A stretch of 63,277 nt of DNA, filler included, from Trichomonas gallinae (Eukaryota): assembly GCA_008369845.1 (NCBI GenBank). It is 10 parts of 10 records of this genome, joined end to end, with 100 filler letters (N's around TTAATTAATTAA, not from the genome) between each part and the next. Parts side by side here need not be neighbours in the genome. Positions count along the whole stretch, not along the records: positions 47,093 to 52,437 come from MRSU01001153.1; positions 52,538 to 53,977 come from MRSU01001155.1; positions 54,078 to 56,688 come from MRSU01001156.1; positions 56,789 to 58,282 come from MRSU01001163.1; 6 more parts are not named here. The stretch is one strand, 5' to 3'. Position numbers and translations under genes: made by a program. The notes beneath the pieces are model-generated. The model was given only the letters and a program-made list of their open reading frames with translations, was not told the DNA's origin and ran no database searches. Below, piece by piece: positions 47,093 through 57,855 of the stretch (position 1 is the stretch's first letter; the number at the start of each line of letters is the position of its first letter).

Positions 47093-48277
47093 TTTAAATC
47101 AATTTCGTTTGAAGGAAATGAAGATTTGTCGATTCTAGATGAAGCTTTTAGAAATTCTAATGTTCAAACAATAAATTTTCCTGTAGGATTATCATTGCTT
47201 TCAATAAATTGTTTTAGAGATTGCAGATCACTGACTAATGTGACTTTTGATGGTAATTCGCTCAAAGTTATTCCTGATTATTGTTTTTACAATTGTCCAA
47301 ATCTGGAAAATATTATACTTCCATCATCAATCACAAGCATTGGTGATTCAGCTTTCTATAAGTGCTCAAAACTTGGAGATATTGGCTTAGAAAATACAAG
47401 TATTGAATCAATATCAAGATATGCTTTTTATATGAGTGGATTAACCAATTGTAACTTACCTACTACAACCACTTCATTAAATTTTGCTTGTTTTGGTTTC
47501 AGTTCTGCAACAAAGTTTTCAACAAATATAGAAACTGTTCCTTCTGACATATGCAAGAAATGTGAAAATTTGGAATTATTAATTCTCAATGAAGGAGTTC
47601 AAACAATAGAAGACAGTGCATTTGAAGGTTGTATTTTATTGAGGTCAGTTACTTTTCCTAAAACAATAAAAACAATCAAACCATTTGCATTCAAGGGCTG
47701 CGTGCAGTTGAAAGAGCTGTTTTTAGAATCTAATTCTAATTTAGATACAATTTATGGTGGGGTTTTCATTAATTGTTATTTACTCAAAGAAATAAAACTC
47801 CATGAAGATGAAAGAAAATTCACATTTGCAAATGGAGCATTAACTGATTATAACATTACTAAACTTGTAACATTCCTACCACAAAGTGAGATAACTACGT
47901 TTATTGTCCCAGCGAGCATGGAATCAATCAACAGCTACGCATTCATGCAATGCACAAATTTGCAAAAAGTTTTATTCCAAGGCGATAAAATTAAAACTAT
48001 TGGCTTCAAAGCTTTCATGGGCTGTAGAAAGTTATCTTTTATTTACTTCAGCTCTGACAGTCTGCATGATATATATGAGTCCGCATTCGATGGTTGTGTG
48101 TCTTTGCGAAAATGCGGAGCAATAAATTGTCCAGAATCAATTCGTCAAAAATTTGATCCATATCATTTCCCACTTACAACATTTAGTGTGATTTGTGATA
48201 ACTATGGTGTAACATGTCATTACAAATCATCAATTATAGCAAAATTACTGATATTTCCATTAATTATTCTAAAGTAA
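47093..48277 (+). CDS. BspA-like (TpLRR) surface protein, 5' cut by gap
   Basis: LENIILPSSITSIGDSAFYKC-type repeats; frame open to contig start; VTC+hydrophobic tail. Confidence 0.9.
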   Translation, partial: FKSISFEGNEDLSILDEAFRNSNVQTINFPVGLSLLSINCFRDCRSLTNVTFDGNSLKVIPDYCFYNCPNLENIILPSSITSIGDSAFYKCSKLGDIGLENTSIESISRYAFYMSGLTNCNLPTTTTSLNFACFGFSSATKFSTNIETVPSDICKKCENLELLILNEGVQTIEDSAFEGCILLRSVTFPKTIKTIKPFAFKGCVQLKELFLESNSNLDTIYGGVFINCYLLKEIKLHEDERKFTFANGALTDYNITKLVTFLPQSEITTFIVPASMESINSYAFMQCTNLQKVLFQGDKIKTIGFKAFMGCRKLSFIYFSSDSLHDIYESAFDGCVSLRKCGAINCPESIRQKFDPYHFPLTTFSVICDNYGVTCHYKSSIIAKLLIFPLIILK

Positions 48278-48507
48278 ATTTCAAATTTCAAAGAATTTTA
48301 AAGATGCTGACGCGTGGTTTTACTAGCGTAATCTTTCCAAATTAATGCTGCAGATACGCAACCAGTTATTTTTTTTTTTTATCCAAAAAAAAAATAATAT
48401 TTTTTAAAAAATTTGCATTGTTTTTATATAATTCGGTTTAACTCATTTAGTAATAACTGTTATTAGAATGAATTTTAATAATGATGATTTTTAGAAAAAT
48501 TATATTT

Positions 48508-49556
48508 TTATATTAAAATAAAAACATAAATAAAGAATAGTTTTCGGTCAAAAGATGAAGTGTATGCAGGACATGTAGGGTCAGGCTGGAAGGCTGATGC
48601 AGGAACGCCTGCTTGAATATAATCTATTTTCTTATTTTGATCTATAATGAAAGCCTTTTTAACAAAGAAGTTATCAAAAGCGTTTGGTTTGATTGTTACA
48701 TTAGATGGCAATGTAATATGAACTAAATTTCGAAGTACTAAGAAACAGGAAGTAGAAATAGTCTTCACACCTTCAGGAATAATGACCTCTTTCAGATTTT
48801 TCATATAACTAAAACAATATGAGTCCAAAATTTTAATATTTGGAGAAAGTATCAAAATTTCTAAAAATTTCATCGTATAAAATGACCATTGACCTAAATT
48901 TGTAACAGTGTCTGGCAATGTAATGTATTTTACAATAGAAGTTGCAAATGCGCCATTTTCTATATATGTAACATTAGGATGGTACTCCATTTCAGTAACA
49001 TTCGATGAAACAGCAAGAAGCATTGTGAAATTACTATTGTAAATACAATCTTTATACATTTTATATGTTGGATGATTTGGATCGACAGAATAATAGAGAT
49101 AACTTATTCCAAAAGCATTAAAATGAACATAATTAATGGTTAAAGAAACGTGAAAAGAAAGATTAAAATTATTGAGCACGAAAGCATTACTATATATGGT
49201 AGTTATTGATGGGGAAAGTTTAAGTGTTTCAATGCCACATGATCTGAAAGCTTCTACTTCTACTGTTTTTAATTTTGTGCAATTTGATAAATCGACAGTT
49301 CTCAAATTTCTACAATAAGAAAATGCCCAGCTTCCAATTGTAACCAATTCTTTAGGAAATGAAACCGTTCGAAGTGTTTCTCTAGATAATTTAAATGCAT
49401 AATTATCAATAGTACCACTTTTAATAGTTTGGCATGTATCATCAATCTTGATATCAATTGCATTTTCAACACTGACTAATGTTGTTTTTGTGGCATCATC
49501 TTCCCAATGAAATGTCAACTGGAAATATCCATGGGCTCAAACCACAAAATTGTCAT
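48508..49556 (-). pseudogene. BspA-like (TpLRR) protein with frameshift just after the start
   Basis: TpLRR repeats; ATG frame MTILWFEPMDISS* is offset by one base from the LRR frame (TFHWED); PTC+hydrophobic tail. Could be a sequencing error. Confidence 0.7.
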
Positions 49557-49964
49557 TTGTCACTTTTAAGAATATTAATTTTGTGCAATTTGATATTTTT
49601 CATTTTTTATTTAGTATTGTCACTTTTTGATATTTTAAAGAATATTTTAAAGAATATCAAATTTCAATGCAATTTAAAGTGAAAATAATCATAAGCCTGA
49701 TAATGATAGTTTTCACCGTGAAATTCACGCATTTTTACGGGTCGCTGTCGCGCCGGAAAACTACTAATTTTTTAATATAAGTACTTCCTCAAAAATGCAG
49801 GGTAGAAAATGGACTAGTATTCTACCCAAAGTATCTACTCATAAAATAGATTTTACCCTTAAGATATCTAAGAGATATTTGTTGAAATAGTGCATTTTAT
49901 TGAAAATTGTCACTTTTATTCGATAGAAATAATTGTAACCTTAATCATGTCACTTTTATATCAA

Positions 49965-50241
49965 ATGATTTCTCTTTTTTTCTGTTTCTCTGCATGTTCA
50001 AATATTCAATTGCTTTCACTTAATAAGACCGCGCAGGTAGCTATACCTGCTGCATCAATGGTGTTTCTTGTAATTATTCTTATGCATGGGAAGACATTTG
50101 GATGATGATATTCCACTCGATAAGATTATTATCGAAGAAGATATTCCTGCACCTAAAGATACAGAAGAAAAACAAGTCGAATTGGATGGAAATATCGAAA
50201 ATGAATCAAGCTCTGAACCTATAATCATCGATGAACTGTAA
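49965..50241 (+). pseudogene. Small single-pass membrane protein, frameshifted
   Basis: MISLFFCFSACS signal + TM AIPAASMVFLVIILM; acidic tail RHLDDDIPLDKIIIEE...IIIDEL* in the +1 frame. Confidence 0.6.
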
Positions 50242-50546
50242 GAGATCTTGCCATTCTTGTTCTACTTTTATTTATCTTCTACAATTGAAAAATAATATCA
50301 TCACGAATTGTTTGTTTATTCATGTAAGAAATCTATTAATTCTATATTGTGCATAGATCTTTCATCATTAAGCTTGTATTTGAATTTTAAAATTCATTTT
50401 TTTTAAATAATAGAATTTTTGTCATAAAAACGAAGATTTGCCGAGAAGTACCCTTTAATTATGCTAAATAGAAATTTGATAAATTTGAAATTAAATTTGC
50501 TCAATTGTCACTTTTATAATTACGTTAGTATTTTATTTTATTATAA

Positions 50547-51140
50547 ATGGACAGAGCTACATTATCTCCTCGAGCCTATAATAATGATGATAGCAACTTG
50601 AGGCAGATAGATCCTAGCTTCGATTTTGAACCACGTAGCGCTCGTTTGCAAGATTCTCCGTATTTAATGCCCGTATTTCCACCAAAACATCCAGTAAATG
50701 CAATTTCAAACCCAAGATCAAGATCAATGAAAAAAGAACCAGCCAAAAATCCTCGTTTTCAGAACTTTGAATCAAGAAGATCATTAAGATTCGCAAATGA
50801 AAAAGCAAAAGAAATTCCATACCAACCGCCAGAATATGCTGGAACTTATGTTGAAACAGCTAGGGAGTTTTCCAAGAGAGCTAGCGAATTTAACAGAAAA
50901 TTAATTCAAAAATATACAAAGAAGTCTAAATTACCCCCATATCACACCAGTATGATAGGAACATACAAGAAAGTAGTTATTGGGCGGAAAGCTGAGCGCG
51001 CAATTCAAGAATATTGTGAATACGAAAATGCAGAAGATTTCAAGCGAAAGCGATGCAATAGATTATATGAAGAAAACACAAGATTACATACCGACCAGAT
51101 GCATAGATTTGGTGTAAGAGAACCAAAATATAATTATTAA
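50547..51140 (+). CDS. Hypothetical basic protein
   Basis: 197-aa ORF with GTCACTTT motif at 50507. Confidence 0.7.
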   Translation: MDRATLSPRAYNNDDSNLRQIDPSFDFEPRSARLQDSPYLMPVFPPKHPVNAISNPRSRSMKKEPAKNPRFQNFESRRSLRFANEKAKEIPYQPPEYAGTYVETAREFSKRASEFNRKLIQKYTKKSKLPPYHTSMIGTYKKVVIGRKAERAIQEYCEYENAEDFKRKRCNRLYEENTRLHTDQMHRFGVREPKYNY

Positions 51141-51904
51141 GTGTTTGTATAAGTTATTATAAATCAGAATGTTTATTAACTGTTTTTGAAATCAGACCTT
51201 CATCAATTTTACATATAGTTATTATTCAATTCTTTGAATTAAGCCAATTATCTATATATATAGTAAAGATATATAGTAAAGATTAGTAATAAGATTGCTC
51301 TATGCGCTTTGCAGGAGATTAAAGAACACAATTAAATATTTTGGAGAAGAAAAAGAAAATTAAAAATATTTCTCTCTTGGTATCAATTCTGTTCATTTTA
51401 ATATATTAGATTTTAAAAACAATGTGAAAGAACTATAGATAACATAAATATATGGATATATCTCTTTGTAAATATTATTTCCATAATTTTTGCGATTTGT
51501 TATATATATAAAACAATAACAATAAATTAAAAGCATCAATAAGCTCATCTTCATGTTTCAAACATATGAATTGATATTGAATTATTGAATGAAATTTCAT
51601 TCCCAAAATATAGGAAAATTTTATGGTCATATTACAAGCAAAAATTGCTGTGATTCTATTTAGATTTAATGAAAAAAAAAAACATTAAAATCAATTATTT
51701 GACATTCCGGAATTTTGGAATTTTGTCATTTTTACATAAAATTTATTTGATGCAAAATAGTGTAAAAATCATATTTTTCGCAAGTAAAATTTTCTGAAGA
51801 TAAAATTTTGATCATTTTCAATGCACATATCTTTTGTCACTTTTCTTTAAATTCTAAAGCTTTTGAGTAGTATTGAAAAATCGTTTAAGTGACACTATCA
51901 AATA

Positions 51905-52175
51905 ATGCAAGCGCGGCCACTGTTAGGTGCTCCATCTAAGATTGACAACAATGATGACTTGGCCATCGAAGTTTGCAGCAGAGCTGTTGTTAACTAAAAT
52001 CAAGAAAAAGGAACAAATCTAAAATTTTATTTCGATTGTATCAATGACAGGCACTGTTGTTGCCGGAATGTTATGTGAAGATGTCATCCAAACAGATAAT
52101 GGCTACTACAATGTCAAGCTATGGTCAAAAGAATGGGAGAATTTCCTTCAGATTGATCAGTTCGAGAAAATCTAA
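51905..52175 (+). pseudogene. Cystatin (trichocystatin/phytocystatin-like) pseudogene
   Basis: MQARPLLGAP...AVVN*NQEKGTNLKF / ISIVSMTGTVVAGM...YNVKLWSKEWENF...FEKI*; one TAA and one +1 frameshift; absent from the ORF track. Confidence 0.75.
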
Positions 52176-52360
52176 ACACATTAGCTTATAATTTTCATAA
52201 CGATATCATAATCAAATCCTCATTGTCTATTTAAACCTATGAATTTTTATTGGATATTTTTCATTTTTGATTTTATAGTCCATTTGTGCTATCAATAAAA
52301 AGATCTATTTTAGTATGTTATATGTGCATGGTTAAATGAATTAATTTACCCATAAGTAAA

Positions 52361-52437
52361 AGTAGTATATGTTGGGGGTTATTTGCCAAAATTTGCAAGC
52401 GGTCCTATGACCCCATATTTGAAGGATTTTAGACAAT
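52361..52437 (+). mobile_element. Maverick/Polinton-like terminus running into a gap
   Basis: AGTAGTATATGTTGGGGGTTATTTGCCA, 24/28 identical to the copy at 63179. Confidence 0.7.
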
Positions 52438-52537
52438 NNNNNNNNNNNNNNNNNNNNNNNNNNNNNNNNNNNNNNNNNNNNTTAATTAATTAANNNNNNN
52501 NNNNNNNNNNNNNNNNNNNNNNNNNNNNNNNNNNNNN
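52438..52537. other. Artificial contig linker
   Basis: N44-TTAATTAATTAA-N44. Confidence 0.99.
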
Positions 52538-53879
52538 CAACCTTTCCTCTTTCGTAAGCGTAATCAGATGAGAAAACTGACAACAGTTGTGGATTTTCTG
52601 GTGCCCTCAGATAGAACTGAAGAACGATTGGATCTGATGTGACCTCATCTGAATCTTCTAACCAAACGGTCAATGTGTAGTTTCGTTTCGTTTTAATTAC
52701 TGAAGGAATTTCGATATCAAATTTGAAATCTTTTTGTACATTGAATGCACCGTATTTTCTTGGACCATTGCCAATACGATAGAATACATTAACAGTTGAA
52801 TCATCATCAATTGATCCAGACAAATTAATATACTCATCTTTATAATACTTCGGCTTAAGTCCAGTTAATGAGGTAATTTTAGGTATTTGCGTTGTAGACA
52901 AATAGTAATTAATATTATTTGACTCTGTGCCCGAAGAATCTGTTGCAGTGCAATCAATTTCTGCTCCTCTTTGGTCAATTGGGTAATCATCTATTGTAAG
53001 ATAACCATATCTTTGCTGTGGTGTTGTTGTAGTCTTATTTTGGCGCTCGACTTCATTTGGTGGCCAAGAACGACCTCTTATTGTGCAAGCAATTGTGATT
53101 TCATCGGATTCATCGAAATCTACGGCCCGGAATCTAAGGGAAATCTTGTCACCCGGATTATAGCCGCCAAGCTTTAAATTGCTCAAATCGAACAAGCGAG
53201 GAGCTGTGTTGACTTTATCGCCTGGAAGAAGAGTGAATCCGAATGTTTGGTCCAAATCCTTGGAAACTTCAACGTTAAGCCATGAAAATGCAATTACTGT
53301 TTTAGATGATGTGCGAGTATTTGTCTCATTCTTGAAGAATGGGTAGAAATGAGGGTCGGTAGTTGATATATCTCCCATATCTTTGATATATATTGTGTCG
53401 ACATTTGGAAAATCAACATTGCGAAGAAGAATGGAATAGTTATAGGCGTCTTTTGATGAGACACGGTAACCTCTGTTGTAATCAGCCGTTCCATCAATTG
53501 GGAGAATTGGTCCATTGTCTTTTACATTGAAATTTGGCTTATAGAAGACAGCAAAATCAACTTTTCTGGCGAAATAGCCTTTGTTTCTAACATAAAACTT
53601 GAAATCTGCTTTCTTGTATAATGAATATGGTGCGAAATAAGATATGGCGATATCTTCGAATTCCACGTATTTTTTATTCATAATCTGAATAGGGCTTACT
53701 GTATCATTATCGTAGTGGTATCTAAAGGCGACAAAGAAACCGCTATTTTGTGATGTTAAATTATATTGGACATTATTATCATTAACGATTGAGATATCGA
53801 ATAACGAGTTCTTATCGTTTAGTAGTCGTGGCGAGTTGAATTTCATCGAGATTGCTTCTGTAACAAGCAGTGGAAGCAT
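52538..53879 (-). CDS. Bap-like/Ig-fold repeat surface protein, 3' cut by gap
   Basis: Signal peptide; beta-rich ~100-aa modules (NTAPRL...AVDFD, YTLTVWLEDSD..TSDP). Confidence 0.7.
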
Positions 53880-53977
53880 TTTTAGTTATTTTTGAGTTTA
53901 TGATTCAAATATTTTGTTGGATGTCAAAAATTTTAATATACATATTATCTATTAATGTCCTATATTTATTTTTTTTT

Positions 53978-54077
53978 NNNNNNNNNNNNNNNNNNNNNNN
54001 NNNNNNNNNNNNNNNNNNNNNTTAATTAATTAANNNNNNNNNNNNNNNNNNNNNNNNNNNNNNNNNNNNNNNNNNNN
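53978..54077. other. Artificial contig linker
   Basis: N44-TTAATTAATTAA-N44. Confidence 0.99.
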
Positions 54078-54219
54078 GTTAACAATGTCCAATTGGAGTA
54101 AAATGCATGCTTATGCATTTTTGGTCAAAACACACGTAACAGCATGCATGACCCCCTCACTAACTATGTCGGTCGAGCCTTAAATAATATAAGATTATTC
54201 TAATTTCCAGACAAATTTA

Positions 54220-54890
54220 TTATGGGAAGTTTATTAATCCAATGCTTCCATATTGGAACAAAATTTCCAAATTGTAGATGAAATCGTTCTTTCCGAGCCT
54301 TAATACAAAATTTTCGTCGATTGGTAGCCTCCTTGTGAACGTGTAGATGATGGAACAGATGGAACTGTTCTCCTGCTTGATAATGTTGAGAAAGAGCTTG
54401 ATTACATGTGACAAATTATGAGCAAGAAGACAGCGAAAAGTTTGAATGTTTTGATCAGCGTTGGCAAGGCTTCGCTGATACATTTTGGATTGCCGACAAG
54501 GATTTCAGCTACTGTTGGGTTTGCCGCCATTTCCAATAAACTAAAGTTGCGGACAAATGGAATGATCTGCTAAACTGGAGCATTCTTGGGTTGAGCGCGA
54601 AGAAGGAATGAGATTGCTGCGAATTTTGTTCCTGCATTATTGAAGAGTTTGGCAATTTAACTTGTTCGAAGATAGCATAAAAGTCATTAAGGCTCGTTCG
54701 TGCGATATCAGAAGAAGCATCCTTAAGGCAAGTGCAGAAAGCACTCCATGTCTTTTTGGAGTATGCCTTGTGGAATGGCTCGTAGTTCTTAAGGAATATA
54801 AAAAGAGGGACGTCATTTCTCATTGAATGATTTGGATTTTTAACAAGAACTTCGAAGATTAGCCATGGATCTTCAATCCTGTTGAACTTC
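54220..54890 (-). pseudogene. Multiply frameshifted gene remnant, helical-repeat-like
   Basis: Coding-like composition spread over three frames (e.g. LLEMAANPTVAEILVGNPKCISEALPTLIK). Confidence 0.4.
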
Positions 54891-55019
54891 TGTCAAATGG
54901 AGCTTAAAACTCAATGATGAGCCTATTAGAATATGGTGATGTTGATAAGGCAGAACATTTAAAGTCTTTTTGGATGCGAAATAGAAAAGACTTCTGAAGT
55001 GATATTTGACACACATCAA

Positions 55020-55310
55020 ATTTCTCACAAAAATGGGTTGAATGTTAAGGCTTCAGACACAAGTATATTGCAATTTTACATGATGTGGTGATAAAATGGA
55101 TGCTATTTCTTTGCTAGATAATAATGGGACATATATAAATATAAGAGATTTTAAAGGTAGAGCTAGAATACAAGAATATTTTAGTTGCATATTAATAAAA
55201 TAACTATTTAAGCATGGAGCTAATGTTCATATTCCGATGATATTAATGATAAAGCTTTGTTTTATGCTGTCTGTGAAGGAAAAGAAAGGAGTGTTAAATA
55301 TAAATCAGAA
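55020..55310 (+). pseudogene. Ankyrin-repeat remnant
   Basis: NGLNVKASD, LLDNNGTYINIRDFKGR, KHGANVHI, ALFYAVCEGKERSVKY in shifting frames. Confidence 0.65.
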
Positions 55311-56023
55311 TGCGGATCTTTGACAAACAGCTAGTTAATCGTGCCACAGTCAATTAAAGCTTGAAACATTCTTACATCCTAATATCATAAAATTAATTCA
55401 AGAGTATTCATCAGAATACCTAAAAAATTTGATTTAATTTCCAAAAAATTTTCGATAATATAAGGATTTTTTTTTACTCAATTTAGAACATTATATTAGA
55501 AATAAATATAAGTAAGAGCTTGTGAGTTATAGATTTTAAATTTATTTTCTTGCTTCATTTAATTCAACATAAGATATCGCTTTAATCATAAATATGTATT
55601 GTATAAGTTTATCAAAGCAATATGGTAATCTTTCTAACCTCAATGCTCGATATTTAAAAAAATAAAATTATATCGTATTTTGCACTGAATTTTGATTTTA
55701 AATTAAAGCATTACACACGTAAATGGATGAGATAATGGAGTTTATTGCCATTTTTAAATAAATTATTTGCGATTACAAAAATATCGAGATAGAGAACCAA
55801 AAATAGGGTAGTCATACATTTTAGACGATGCTGAATATAATCTACGGAATATTTCAATTTGGGTAAAGTGACTGGAAAAAAATTTGAATTCAGTTCGAAG
55901 AAATTGTGTTTTATCTCTTTACTGGACACATGCACAATCTATTGTAAATAAGATTGCAATGATCGAAGTAAGAGAGCCCAGAATCGCAAAAATAATTTTG
56001 AAAATGTAAACATCTAAATTTTA

Positions 56024-56205
56024 GAACTTAAATCATTGTCACAGCTTTCTATGCATTGTGCTAGTTTTAAATATAACAAAAAATCAATGTGAAACATGTC
56101 AAAAAAATTTGAAAACTTAAATCATTGTGATAGGTTTATATGCATTGTGATAGATTTAAATATATTAAAAAATCGATATGAAGCTGGTCAAAGAAAATTT
56201 TCAAA
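56024..56205. repeat. Diverged ~90-bp tandem duplication
   Basis: AACTTAAATCATTGT...TATGCATTGTG..TAG..TTTAAATATA occurs twice. Confidence 0.7.
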
Positions 56206-56502
56206 AAACAAATTTTAGTAATTTTAGGAAATCCTTGCAGTATGTACCTCATATGACCACATGTGAACCAATAGAGATGATAACGGAGCTCTCAATTAGT
56301 TGTGAGAGTTAAAAAAAAAAAAAAACTAACGCTGGACTTTTTTTTTTGAAAATCGTGCGAAAACCACCTAAAACGGTCTAATAAAGCAGTGACTATAAAA
56401 TGGTGAACAAATCATTTGAATATCGTAAACCTATTGAAAATGGAATTCCTCAGAAAAAAATATTACCGATGCGATTTTTTTAGATCTCTTCACTTCTTTT
56501 AG

Positions 56503-56688
56503 ATGTCCACTGTTGAACACAACGCCAACTGCGCTACACACAAGATCATGAAGCTCCACCAGGAGGAACTTGATGAGATCAACCACAAGCACGTTCATGC
56601 TCATGGTGTTGACCCACTCCACACATCCCACAAGGAAGTTCAGGTCAAGAAGGCTCCAGTTGCCCACGGCCATGCCGGTGCTGGCAAG
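56503..56688 (+). CDS. His-rich N-terminus of a probably highly expressed protein, cut by gap
   Basis: Inr-like TCACTT just upstream; strong C-ending codon bias; 11 His in 62 aa. Confidence 0.7.
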
Positions 56689-56788
56689 NNNNNNNNNNNN
56701 NNNNNNNNNNNNNNNNNNNNNNNNNNNNNNNNTTAATTAATTAANNNNNNNNNNNNNNNNNNNNNNNNNNNNNNNNNNNNNNNNNNNN
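56689..56788. other. Artificial contig linker
   Basis: N44-TTAATTAATTAA-N44. Confidence 0.99.
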
Positions 56789-56967
56789 CTATAGCAGGCT
56801 TGATTGAACTCAAGTACAACTCCAGTCGTTGCTTCGATCGCAAAGACCTGTTTCTTGGAGAGCTTGTGAAGGCTACAGACCCTAGGGTCCATGACCTTCA
56901 TGAGGAACTGTCGTACTGATATAGACTGCTCTAAGAAGATAAGTGGATGGGGCTCAGCGTCTTCCAT
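56789..56967 (-). CDS. Unknown protein, 5' part (element-like GC-rich contig)
   Basis: ATG 56967 abuts the first palindromic box; frame open into the gap. Confidence 0.5.
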
Positions 56968-57226
56968 TCCTGTCAGGAGGAAAAAAATTTCCGCTACGGG
57001 TGCGGTACTTAGCTTCCTGTCAGGAGGAAAAAATCTGTCGTCTGTCAGAAGTAAAGTAAATTCCTGTCAGGAGGCAAAAATCCTTCTCTAACGATGAAAT
57101 TCCCCTCAAAATTGAGAACCTTTCCTGCTTAGAGAAAAAAAATTTCCGCTACGGGCGCGCTACTTAGCTTCCTGTCAGGAGGAAAAAAATTTCCGCTACG
57201 GGTGCGCTACTTTGTCTTTCTGACAG
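56968..57226. repeat. 47-bp-period array of palindromic boxes
   Basis: TCCTGTCAGGA at 56968, 57015, 57062, 57170 (degenerate at 57123); AAAAAAATTTCCGCTACGGG x3. Confidence 0.9.
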
Positions 57227-57255
57227 CAGTTTATTTCCTAACCGTCGGAGCACAA

Positions 57256-57783
57256 ATGTCAGCGAAGAAGATTGATGCCATCCCCATTGAAGATGTCGAC
57301 GAAGTTTCCCTGAAGCCCAAGAAGAAGACGAAGAAGCCAGTGGTTCCCGAGTCCAGCGACGACGATGAAGAGGAAGAAGCACACGAACCAACAGTTGCCG
57401 AGCTCATGAAGATTGTCCAGCAGCAGAACAATATGATGAAGCAACAGGTTAAGCAGTTTCATGATTCCATCAATCAGATGCGCCGCGAGTACGTTTCAGC
57501 GAACCCCAAGAACGACCTCGACGACCTCTGCTCCGAAAGCGACTGCAAGTCCACCTCCAGTACAAGAACAACCCCATCCATGCTCGAGGATGAAGACTAC
57601 CTCACAAAGGGTCAACGGCTCTTCATCCTGAACCAGTTCACCATCCCAATGCTACAGCACATGCGGAACCACAAGGGCAGGTCGCCAACAGGCTCGTCCA
57701 AAAGAGACCTCGTTGCATCTGCAGTCAACCTTGTGAAGACGAAGGAAGAGATCGTCGACTTCCTTCTCTCCGCCTACAACTGA
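57256..57783 (+). CDS. Protein with basic NLS-like patch, acidic tract, coiled coil and C-terminal SAP/HeH-like motif
   Basis: KPKKKTKK; LNQFTIPMLQHMRNHKGRSPTGSSKRDLVASA resembles SAP motifs (cf. Ku70 KFTVPML); first ATG 57256. Confidence 0.6.
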   Translation: MSAKKIDAIPIEDVDEVSLKPKKKTKKPVVPESSDDDEEEEAHEPTVAELMKIVQQQNNMMKQQVKQFHDSINQMRREYVSANPKNDLDDLCSESDCKSTSSTRTTPSMLEDEDYLTKGQRLFILNQFTIPMLQHMRNHKGRSPTGSSKRDLVASAVNLVKTKEEIVDFLLSAYN

Positions 57784-57855
57784 GCCCAATCTCAGCCTAA
57801 CAATCAAGCTTACGACTAAACAATTAATTTTACCACAATTTTACCCTCATTTTTC

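Noticed and set aside
56968..57226. CRISPR-like repeat-spacer array
   Set aside because: Repeat is only 11-14 bp, the spacers are themselves repeated, no cas-like genes, eukaryotic context
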